Shown here: piece after piece, positions 35,359 through 43,173 of the stretch
How positions within the stretch are numbered: position 1 is the stretch's first letter
Layout of the letters: each line of letters opens with the position of its first letter
IMG/VR virus record: IMGVR_UViG_3300010375_000005
Coordinates: 1 to 44,925 of that record
Direction: 5' to 3' (one strand)
DNA from: a virus
DNA length: 44,925 bases
Translations under genes and position numbers: made by a program
The notes under the pieces: model-generated
What the model was told of the DNA's origin: nothing
Seen by the model: the letters and a program-made list of their open reading frames with translations, nothing else
Databases searched by the model: none

Positions 35359-35389
35359 CTAATATACTACATTTAATCACATTTGCAAA
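35359..35389 (-). promoter_or_regulatory. Cassette promoter family, copy 5 (minus strand; TTTG-19nt-TATATTAG)
   Basis: The minus strand reads TTTG CAAATGTGATTAAATGTAG TATATTAG. The spacer matches the + strand family at 14 of 19 positions. It abuts the terL stop. Confidence 0.6.
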
Positions 35390-36661
35390 TTAAATATTCT
35401 TAATAATCCCATCTTTAAACATCTGACTAACACCGTACGCAATGCCGTCAATAAGGTGATTATCCTGGTCTACCGGCGTTTCGAGCAGTACACCGTTTTT
35501 ATCCTTGTCATAAGCGTATGTTTCCTGCTCAAATTCGATGTTTGGCGAACGATCAGTATAGCAAATGTTTAATCCCGATAGTAATCCAATCCGGTTAATC
35601 AAATCCATTTTTGCGCCAACAGCAACCGCATATTCCCATCCGGCATTACGCAGGCTGAGTATTTTTGTGGGCCTGTTATTATCGCAGCTGATAACCTGGT
35701 TATATCCAATGCCGAATGATTTAAACTTCCATGCAACTAGTCCTTCCTCGTCATATCCACGTACGGCGTGTAATTGTTGTTCGCTTAATTCACGCTCAAT
35801 CTCATTTTCAGATTTGTAATTTTTTTCATCGACATATAGGGTACCGTCATCATATTTTAAACCAACTACTCCCCACGGATCGACCTTTCCCCAGTCGTTT
35901 CCAATATATTCAACTTTATTGAGTGATGTGTATTTTTCTGTTGGTACTTTAATCCAGCTGTAGATGCGGCCTTCGACTTGGCCGGGTATACCGAGTCCGT
36001 AGACTTGCCATTTGTTTGCCCAATATTGATTTATTATTATTAATTCACCTTTTTCGTTTACAGCGAAATTTCCAGTGGTATTATCAAATTTATATCCGTT
36101 TTTCTTGTACAGTAATATTTCATTTAGTTCTGAAATATCCAAATACTCATTATCTAAAAATGTTAGTTTTAAGAATTGGCAATCGTCACGCGGTATTACA
36201 TGTTGATGTGCCCAAAATTTCTTATTTGGGTTAAAGTCAATAATGACACGCTTGGCCCGGCTGGTCAGTTCCCTATAAGTATCAAATTTTACTTTGTTTG
36301 CCTCATTAACAAACATTACATCTGAACGCAATCCTTTGCCGATGTCTTCTTTGTCGAGACCTATAAAGCGTATGAAGCTGCCATTTTTGAATTTATATAG
36401 AACGTCATTAGTCCATCTATTACGGTTAAAAATACCGTAAGCTGTCATTACTTTTAAAAAATCTTTAATTACGGTTATCTTCATTTTAGATAACTCGTCA
36501 CTTGCTATGAATATTTCTTTATTTGCGTTTGATGATGCGAAGTCAACTAATAGCATTAGTATGGCAAAGGTCTTGCCGGCTCCCTGGCCTCCCTGTACAC
36601 ACCATATACGTTTTCTAAGCGCCGATATTTTCCTGAGTGCTGTCGTCGGCTGCAATATCAT
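35390..36661 (-). CDS. terL: Terminase large subunit
   Basis: VQGGQGAGKTFAILML is a Walker A motif. 423 aa, lying after terS. Confidence 0.85.
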   Translation of the reverse strand: MILQPTTALRKISALRKRIWCVQGGQGAGKTFAILMLLVDFASSNANKEIFIASDELSKMKITVIKDFLKVMTAYGIFNRNRWTNDVLYKFKNGSFIRFIGLDKEDIGKGLRSDVMFVNEANKVKFDTYRELTSRAKRVIIDFNPNKKFWAHQHVIPRDDCQFLKLTFLDNEYLDISELNEILLYKKNGYKFDNTTGNFAVNEKGELIIINQYWANKWQVYGLGIPGQVEGRIYSWIKVPTEKYTSLNKVEYIGNDWGKVDPWGVVGLKYDDGTLYVDEKNYKSENEIERELSEQQLHAVRGYDEEGLVAWKFKSFGIGYNQVISCDNNRPTKILSLRNAGWEYAVAVGAKMDLINRIGLLSGLNICYTDRSPNIEFEQETYAYDKDKNGVLLETPVDQDNHLIDGIAYGVSQMFKDGIIKNI

Positions 36662-37043
36662 CTGATAGTGGGTTATTTGTCAATAATTTTACAGGGGTAA
36701 CGTCATCAACCTCCATACGTTCAACATATCCGCGTTTTTTGCCTTTTGTTTTAAGATAGAATATGATTGCGGTGTCGGATGGCGGTTGATCGTAAACAAC
36801 CGGTTCGCCTTTTTGGTTATACACTTGAACGCTAACTCCATCTATCTTTTCAAATAATTTACTCTCAACAAAATCGATAGCGTTTTCCTGTATATCTTCT
36901 GCGGCTTGTCTGAACTCTTCATCATTTTTATACCAATTATAATATGTCTGTCTTGACATGTTATTCATTGATGCACAGGCAGTTGAGATAATTCCCCTTG
37001 AATTATCAAGAATTTCAAGAAATTTCTTTTTTATACTGTCCAT
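36615..37043 (-). CDS. terS: Terminase small subunit
   Basis: 142 aa with an N-terminal HTH-like segment (GIISTACASMNNMSRQTYYNWYKND). Directly upstream of terL and overlapping it. Confidence 0.6.
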   Translation of the reverse strand: MDSIKKKFLEILDNSRGIISTACASMNNMSRQTYYNWYKNDEEFRQAAEDIQENAIDFVESKLFEKIDGVSVQVYNQKGEPVVYDQPPSDTAIIFYLKTKGKKRGYVERMEVDDVTPVKLLTNNPLSDDIAADDSTQENIGA

Positions 37044-37052
37044 TCTGTAAAT

Positions 37053-37508
37053 CTATGTCTTTTTTACCAACTTATCAAACCCATCCAACGCTTTTTCAAT
37101 ATCGGCCTCATTTGGTTGGTTAAAACCGATGATTTGCCAAAAGGTAAACTCATTTAAACAAATGTAATAGTTATGTCTTAAATCAATACATAAGCGTTGC
37201 CATTCAAGTTGAGATTTACTTACATTATATTTTCCGAACTTAAATTCGATAAATAACACTTCGCCGCCAGGATTAAGCCAATACATATCGCTCGCACCTG
37301 GTACCTGTCCAAATCCTGATGTATTTGCCCGCAGTGAGTTGTTATACACACATACGAGGCGCTTCCAGTCGTTAGGATAGAAGAAATAAAGCATCTCAGC
37401 ACATTTTGATTGTAGTTGTTGCTCTGACTTTGGGATGCGGTTGAGTAGTGATTTGAGGTATTGGCGGTTTTGTTCTCGGCGTTGGTGGGGGGTTAGGTGT
37501 GTTTTCAT
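37053..37508 (-). CDS. VRR-NUC domain nuclease
   Basis: GASDMYWLNPGGEVLFIEFKFGKYNVSKSQLEWQ fits the D...ExK...Q..W pattern. Confidence 0.65.
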   Translation of the reverse strand: MKTHLTPHQRREQNRQYLKSLLNRIPKSEQQLQSKCAEMLYFFYPNDWKRLVCVYNNSLRANTSGFGQVPGASDMYWLNPGGEVLFIEFKFGKYNVSKSQLEWQRLCIDLRHNYYICLNEFTFWQIIGFNQPNEADIEKALDGFDKLVKKT

Positions 37509-37510
37509 AA

Positions 37511-37810
37511 AATTACAAAAGTTACAAAGTTTGATAAAAAATTACAAATATGGTGTTTAAACATGTAATTTTTTTGATATTGACAATCAGATAGTTAAGT
37601 CTAAAAAATGTCATTATTACTAAAATTACAAACATTTTATATATTTAGCGTACGCGTGTGTTTTTATATATAATATAGGCATATAGTTGTAACTTTAGTA
37701 ATATAGTGCCTAATGTATTGATAATGTGTGTTTTATAAGTTACAAACATGGTTTTAACTTTGTAATTTTTGGCCTAAGTTTGTAATTTTGGTAATCAACT
37801 TAGTAATTTT
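37511..37810. repeat. AT-rich iteron-like region (TTACAAA/TTTGTAA repeats); candidate origin or regulatory hub
   Basis: TTACAAA at 37513, 37522, 37542, 37626 and 37739. TTTGTAA at 37759 and 37779. TTGTAAC at 37687. Palindrome tgtttaaaca at 37554-37563. Confidence 0.55.
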
Positions 37811-37826
37811 TTTTGGCTGTTGCTTA

Positions 37827-39281
37827 TTACATTTCGATTACAATTGGTGGCTTTCTGTTAAATGTATAGTACCGTTCAGACATATAAATATACTCATCTT
37901 GTGGCAATGGCATCGTGTACCCGTGATAATCGGCATATATACGTAGCCATTTGCTTAGTTTTTGCTTGCTAAAATATTTATCCTTTAATTTTTCGGGATA
38001 CTCACGAATAAAATCGTTATAAAAATCGGATTTTTTAACCGTTACTAATAGTCGCCCTTGCATAAATTCAAGGAAATAATAATCAGTTTCGGCAATCATT
38101 TTCTTTTCAGGAAGGTTGATTAAATCCTGCTCAATAAGGCCATGTGTTAGATATAATTGGCAGCACATTATCATATAATTATCGAATTGTTGCCATTGAA
38201 ATTCATCCCAACCAGAAAACATCATGTGCCCAAATTCATGATCTGGTCGAAACTTTTTTGTGTAGTATTGGGTTATTTCCAGTTCGTGCTTACGGCGATC
38301 GTGGCTATTACCAGTGCCGCGTAATGCGTAATTTGTTGATACGCCTATTTTAGGGGAGTTTTCAAAGTCGATATAAATTTCGTCCTTACCTTTTTTCTCA
38401 ACCGCTATACCCTCGGTAATTACAGAAAATAGACGCTCGAAATCGAATGACTTTTTAACATCGTCGAAAAATATCAACTTAGTATCAGGTGAAACTCCCT
38501 GGTATATGAAGTTCTTGTCAAAACTGAATGTTTTACCGTCTATCCTAAATAACTTAACAAATTGAGCGATTGCACGAAAAAACAAACCCTTACCTGTGCC
38601 ACCTTCAGGATTATCGCTCATAACTTCGTCGTTTAAAATTATCGCCGGGCAATAGGCAGCTGATTTGTAATTGTGAAGATAAAAACCCAAAGATGTGCAT
38701 AGAGAATTAACGCGTTTCGGATCACCTTTTGAAATGTTGCTAATAAAATTAGCCCAATCTCCTTTATCTGAAATTTCAGCCGGCTTGTATTGTCTGGGTA
38801 GTATCTGGCTTTCCCAAATAAAGCCATTTAAGTCACTATATGGATGTTGTGTTACTTTTCCGGCTGTTATTTTAACAATGCAGTTTTGAAAGTACAATTG
38901 CATTGCATCGTGCTTATCTTTACGAAACTCAACCTGCTTTTCGGGGAGTGTCATTAGAAAATCATCAGATATAGCTTCCGTTATTTTTTTAAGAGCGAAT
39001 TGGTGTATATAAGGGGGGCATTTTTCTACATTTAGCAGGAAATTAATAACCTCGTCTGCCAGGTCCTTTTTACCAACTTGTTTAACGATGTTATCAATTA
39101 CCCTGATAGGTACGAAACGATCAATTGAGGTTCGAAAAATAAAATATCCCCGTTCGGTATAAAAAAAGTGAAGCTGCGGCAAATTCCATTCCCACCCGCC
39201 ATTGCTTTTAGGCTGATATATATTAGCATGCGCAAATTCGCGATCAGCTGCAATATGAGCGATGGTAAGTTTTTGGCTCAT
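37827..39281 (-). CDS. P-loop replicative NTPase/helicase (VirE/D5/P4-like SF3 candidate)
   Basis: 484 aa. SDNPEGGTGKGLFFRAIAQF is a Walker A motif, and LIFFDDV is Walker B-like. Confidence 0.55.
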   Translation of the reverse strand: MSQKLTIAHIAADREFAHANIYQPKSNGGWEWNLPQLHFFYTERGYFIFRTSIDRFVPIRVIDNIVKQVGKKDLADEVINFLLNVEKCPPYIHQFALKKITEAISDDFLMTLPEKQVEFRKDKHDAMQLYFQNCIVKITAGKVTQHPYSDLNGFIWESQILPRQYKPAEISDKGDWANFISNISKGDPKRVNSLCTSLGFYLHNYKSAAYCPAIILNDEVMSDNPEGGTGKGLFFRAIAQFVKLFRIDGKTFSFDKNFIYQGVSPDTKLIFFDDVKKSFDFERLFSVITEGIAVEKKGKDEIYIDFENSPKIGVSTNYALRGTGNSHDRRKHELEITQYYTKKFRPDHEFGHMMFSGWDEFQWQQFDNYMIMCCQLYLTHGLIEQDLINLPEKKMIAETDYYFLEFMQGRLLVTVKKSDFYNDFIREYPEKLKDKYFSKQKLSKWLRIYADYHGYTMPLPQDEYIYMSERYYTFNRKPPIVIEM

Positions 39282-39427
39282 AAACTGGCAGCATTTTGTA
39301 TTATCAGTTGAGATATTACCTTACTGCGATTCACTTTTTTTTCAACCAAAATAGCCTCTGCCTCCCTGGATAACGATATGGTTATTTTGGCTGTTTTTTC
39401 CTCTTTTGTTTTTGATTTACGGCCCAT
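39278..39427 (-). CDS. Ribbon-helix-helix DNA-binding protein (49 aa). It is below the track cutoff.
   Basis: Own translation: MGRKSKTKEEKTAKITISLSREAEAILVEKKVNRSKVISQLIIQNAASL*. ATGA-coupled to the NTPase gene. Confidence 0.5.
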   Translation of the reverse strand: MGRKSKTKEEKTAKITISLSREAEAILVEKKVNRSKVISQLIIQNAASL

Positions 39428-39502
39428 AAAAATGATGATTATTTAGTTTTTAAAGATACGTAAAAATAAATTAAAAAAAAATGAAAAAATATGTAATTTT
39501 TA

Positions 39503-39533
39503 TTTGCAATTACGATAAAAGTATGTATCTTTA
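39503..39533 (+). promoter_or_regulatory. Promoter, TTTG-19nt-TATCTTTA
   Basis: TTTG at 39503-39506 and TATCTTTA at 39526-39533, 4 nt before the ATG at 39538. Confidence 0.55.
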
Positions 39534-39537
39534 TATC

Positions 39538-40047
39538 ATGAAAGCAATAGCATACCGTTACAACACAATAAAAAGAGAAGATCGTAAGTTTAACACTTGT
39601 GGTGCCGAAAAAAACCCATTGGCGCTTAAATTTTACGCTTCAAATTTAACCTATGCCGATAATTACAAATTTGTTTATAATTATGACGGTGAAGTTAATT
39701 ATGAGTGCCAATTAGAAACTGTTGAGGTTGAAATTTCAAACCTTTTCGACATGGATGTGAATTTCGCATCACTTGATACCTACAAAAACTATGTTGCTGA
39801 ATTAATTGGTCGCCAAGTCGCTCATTATACTGAAATGGCTAACAAAGCTAAAAAAGTAAGCGAGCGCAAATTTTGGCTTAATTTCATTGCAGACACAACA
39901 AAAAATGAAAACCAAGTCATTTCTTCTTTGAAATCACAGGAGTTTCAAAACTTGAGTGATTTTTCAAACCAACTGCTTTTGGTTTCTGAATTAAAAGCAC
40001 TTGGTTTCAGCGGATATACCACAAAGAACGAAATTGTAATTTTCTAA
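39538..40047 (+). CDS. Hypothetical protein (169 aa)
   Basis: ATG at 39538 (MKAIAYRYNT...). The track start at 39481 would lie upstream of the promoter. Confidence 0.55.
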   Translation: MKAIAYRYNTIKREDRKFNTCGAEKNPLALKFYASNLTYADNYKFVYNYDGEVNYECQLETVEVEISNLFDMDVNFASLDTYKNYVAELIGRQVAHYTEMANKAKKVSERKFWLNFIADTTKNENQVISSLKSQEFQNLSDFSNQLLLVSELKALGFSGYTTKNEIVIF

Positions 40048-40051
40048 TATA

Positions 40052-40219
40052 ATGACATATAAAATAATCTTCACCAATTGTGCGCCAATGATAATTAACC
40101 ACTGTCATTCACGCGCCAACGCTATTGATAAGGCTATCTTGCAAAAGAATTGCCCTGCATACGGAGAAAATAAAACACAAAAAAGAAAGGCAATTGTATC
40201 TGCAAGACGATACGATTGA
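40052..40219 (+). CDS. Hypothetical Cys/His-containing protein (55 aa). It is below the track cutoff.
   Basis: Own translation: MTYKIIFTNCAPMIINHCHSRANAIDKAILQKNCPAYGENKTQKRKAIVSARRYD*. Confidence 0.4.
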   Translation: MTYKIIFTNCAPMIINHCHSRANAIDKAILQKNCPAYGENKTQKRKAIVSARRYD

Positions 40220-40226
40220 GCCTTTT

Positions 40227-41669
40227 TTATTTCCCATAAACACTAACCAAATGCGAAATTATATGCGTTTTAGGCTCAAAACTGGACCTTTCGTATAATT
40301 CCTTAAAAGCATAAAACATCAATTCCCTACGCTCGTTAATGCTGATTATTGGCACCTTTTTAACACGATCTGCCGCCTCGGCAATAGCAGACATTAAAGC
40401 ATCATGTGAATTGCGTTTTATGCCTTTTTCCGCGCATATGCGCAACTTTACTATCATATCAGTATAAACTACCTCACGCGGAATTTTGTGACCGCACCAA
40501 CGGCATTCGGTACTACTCATGTAAATTCTAACATGGCAGGCCGGGCAGTTTTTCATTGGAGCTACCCCACCCTCTTTAATCTTATCAGGGTGTAAAAAAT
40601 ACATTTCCCAGTCGTGGCGCTCATTCCAATGTCCGAAACCCTCTGAATCAATATTACCACCCATGTCTATGATAATAAAATATGGCTTAGTTAAGCCGGC
40701 TTTAATTTGATCTGGTTTTAACACACGCGCCGGCCGTCCTCCGCATTGTATCCATAAAGGCAATGACTTGGTTTTACGGTTGAATATTTCGCCCTCAATA
40801 GTCGTATCATCAAACCCGGTGGTAAGAATGCCACAATTATTTAAGATGGCGCCAGGCGTTTCACGTAGCCATTTAAGCGTTTCTTTTCGCAGGTTTTTGT
40901 CCCGTTTTAACGATTCAGAATCGAGCGAACGGGATGGATAACCCGCAGCTAAAAAGGCATTGTTAACCAAATCAGAATGCTCAATAGTCGAATTATAAAC
41001 CAACATTTTTTTACCCTCTGCATACTCTTTATAAGCATGAACGACAGCCTCAACTAAACGAGGTTTTGAGAACTCAATGCCCATTTGCGTCATGTTATAA
41101 TCGTTTCCACCGCGCGAAATTTTGCCAATATCCTGATCGATATCATGATGTATTGGCGGTGTTAATCTCCCTAATCTGATAAGGTCATTTATAGGTAAAG
41201 CGCAAACAATGGTTTGAAAGTAATTTTTAAGCGGCTTTCGTTTATCTGAACTAATTGGCGTTGCTGTGAATCCCAAAACGATAACAGACGGATCTGGTTT
41301 ATAATGGTCGATAACCTTAAAAAATTCCCCGCGATGGCATTCATCGACAATAAGCATATCATAGCTGAATTTATCAACTCCGTGTTTGGTTATTTTATTA
41401 TTGAATTTTTCAACCATTTCAACGGCTATTCCGTGTAATTTGAAATCACGTAACATTTCCTGTGCCTGAATAAGTAATTCGTCACGGTGTACTAAAATCA
41501 GCACCTTTGCGGATACGTTACGGGATAGATATCTGGTAAGTAGGTAAGCAAAAACGACTGTTTTACCGAATCCGGTTGAAGCCTGGCAACACACGCGCGT
41601 AAATCCATCCCGAAGTTTCGAGATAATTTTATTCGTGAAGTCGATTTGGTCGGGGTAGGGGGTTATCAT
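40227..41669 (-). CDS. SF2 DEAD/DEAH-box helicase with a C-terminal zinc ribbon
   Basis: QASTGFGKTVVF (motif I), LIVDECHRG (II), GFTATP (III), GGRPARV (VI) and CPACHV...CRWCGH. Confidence 0.85.
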   Translation of the reverse strand: MITPYPDQIDFTNKIISKLRDGFTRVCCQASTGFGKTVVFAYLLTRYLSRNVSAKVLILVHRDELLIQAQEMLRDFKLHGIAVEMVEKFNNKITKHGVDKFSYDMLIVDECHRGEFFKVIDHYKPDPSVIVLGFTATPISSDKRKPLKNYFQTIVCALPINDLIRLGRLTPPIHHDIDQDIGKISRGGNDYNMTQMGIEFSKPRLVEAVVHAYKEYAEGKKMLVYNSTIEHSDLVNNAFLAAGYPSRSLDSESLKRDKNLRKETLKWLRETPGAILNNCGILTTGFDDTTIEGEIFNRKTKSLPLWIQCGGRPARVLKPDQIKAGLTKPYFIIIDMGGNIDSEGFGHWNERHDWEMYFLHPDKIKEGGVAPMKNCPACHVRIYMSSTECRWCGHKIPREVVYTDMIVKLRICAEKGIKRNSHDALMSAIAEAADRVKKVPIISINERRELMFYAFKELYERSSFEPKTHIISHLVSVYGK

Positions 41670-41932
41670 AAAGAAGAATGGTAGATAAGTTTTTGATCTA
41701 ATGTATCAAGTAAAAAACCACATGTATTTAAAATATCTGCTGTGTATTGCTTTACATTTTCGACATCATCGGACATAATTGCATTTTGCAATTTTCCAAC
41801 GTGGTAATATAATTCAAATAAAAATTCTTTCTTTGACATATTAGTCCAGTTATCCCCTTTGTGTTTATTAGCCTCTAATTCATCAGCCATAACACCCCAA
41901 ACAAGCCTTAATATTGCATCCTTTTTTTCCAT
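41666..41932 (-). CDS. MazG-like nucleotide pyrophosphohydrolase candidate (88 aa)
   Basis: ELEANKHKGDNW...ELYYHVGKL...DILNTCGFLLD resembles a four-helix NTP-PPase pattern. Confidence 0.4.
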   Translation of the reverse strand: MEKKDAILRLVWGVMADELEANKHKGDNWTNMSKKEFLFELYYHVGKLQNAIMSDDVENVKQYTADILNTCGFLLDTLDQKLIYHSSL

Positions 41933-42016
41933 AATCGTTAAAATTTAAGCGACCCGTGTTTCCCAGTTTTTTTATAAGCACTATTCAAAGTAACCTCGAT
42001 TTCCCCCAATTTAAAA

Positions 42017-42145
42017 TCATCCGAACAGTTTAATTAAAAGGGTTAAAATATGGATAGCAATAATAAAAATCCATAAGTATTCAACTATTTTAAGGTTTGC
42101 ATCAATAGATTTATTAAGCCTATTTGTTTTTTCTAAATTATTCAT
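42017..42145 (-). CDS. Micro-ORF encoding a 42-aa transmembrane peptide
   Basis: Own translation: MNNLEKTNRLNKSIDANLKIVEYLWIFIIAIHILTLLIKLFG*. Confidence 0.3.
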   Translation of the reverse strand: MNNLEKTNRLNKSIDANLKIVEYLWIFIIAIHILTLLIKLFG

Positions 42146-42149
42146 AATC

Positions 42150-42989
42150 TCAAAATTTAAGTGTCCCAAATTTATGTGCTGTTTTATCGTATGCTGATTT
42201 TAATGTTCGTTGAATTTCCTCTAACTTAAAATCATCAGCCTGAAACCGACTGACCAAACTAATCGCATAATCTTTATTTATCCCAAACTCGCTTAAACCG
42301 CAGCAAAGACGATATAGATTAACGTTCCTGGCCCCGGCGACTATCGGGAATTTACGATCAGCCCAAACCATTAGCCGGCGCGCTGTTTCCTGATCAGACA
42401 GGGATGTTTTGTTATACTTAATTTGAACCGGTTGCGGGTCGAATATTTGTCCTTCCCATACCCGTGAGTCCGGATTAATCTGTAATTCAGGGTCATAAGA
42501 TTCAAAGCAGATACGTGAAACATCAAACATATTAACGTCAAAATATTCGCAGTTGTAATATGCCTGTATAGCACGGAAATAGGCTTTGTGCATCAGATAT
42601 GAACTCGCAAAAGGGACTGGCTCAGGTATCCTAATTATAACTTTCAATCCCATCCCTGACGGACTGGTAAAAACAGAGTAAGTATATTCGTCAGATTCCA
42701 ACGTGTCACGCCACATCTGCAGTGTTTCTAAATCGGGGAATTTATCAAAATCAAGGCAGATAAAACCGGAATGCCTGATTAAACCAGATATCGCCCTTGC
42801 ACCAAACTCGCCGCCAAAAATAATACATGGTAGCTTCTTTTTGGCGGCTGAGTATGCTTTATATTCTGTTTGGGCCTGGCAATTTTCAACCAACTGTTTT
42901 GACTTGCCATTACGAATGCGTGATAGTGCGGTATCTATCGGCACGTAATATGGCGTCATAGTGTAAAAGTTGCGATATATGGTAATCAT
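42150..42989 (-). CDS. Primase candidate (BT4734/VirE N-terminal-type domain)
   Basis: RHSGFICLDFDKF...YSVFTSPSGMGLKVIIRIP matches the hsG..lDiD / SPSG.GlK pattern. Confidence 0.6.
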   Translation of the reverse strand: MITIYRNFYTMTPYYVPIDTALSRIRNGKSKQLVENCQAQTEYKAYSAAKKKLPCIIFGGEFGARAISGLIRHSGFICLDFDKFPDLETLQMWRDTLESDEYTYSVFTSPSGMGLKVIIRIPEPVPFASSYLMHKAYFRAIQAYYNCEYFDVNMFDVSRICFESYDPELQINPDSRVWEGQIFDPQPVQIKYNKTSLSDQETARRLMVWADRKFPIVAGARNVNLYRLCCGLSEFGINKDYAISLVSRFQADDFKLEEIQRTLKSAYDKTAHKFGTLKF

Positions 42990-43171
42990 ATCAAATGTGA
43001 CTTATTTAAGTTTGACCTATTTGATTTATACAAATGATGCCTGATTCTGATATTTATCTTGCTTACTTTTTGAGGACTTTTTTCATTTTCGCATAGAATT
43101 AAATCGCGCCAAATATACCAACCGCCTGAATTTTTAATATCATCGTTAATATTTTTGTTGGAGCAGTGCAT
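42986..43171 (-). CDS. Hypothetical protein (61 aa)
   Basis: ATGA-coupled ORF. Confidence 0.45.
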   Translation of the reverse strand: MHCSNKNINDDIKNSGGWYIWRDLILCENEKSPQKVSKINIRIRHHLYKSNRSNLNKSHLI

Positions 43172-43173
43172 GG

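Noticed and set aside
39538-40047. The idea that the 169-aa ORF is an ADP-ribosyltransferase (R ... S-x-S ... E-x-E)
   Set aside because: The candidate residues lie within about 60 aa, far too compressed for the R-S-E fold, and there is no other support.
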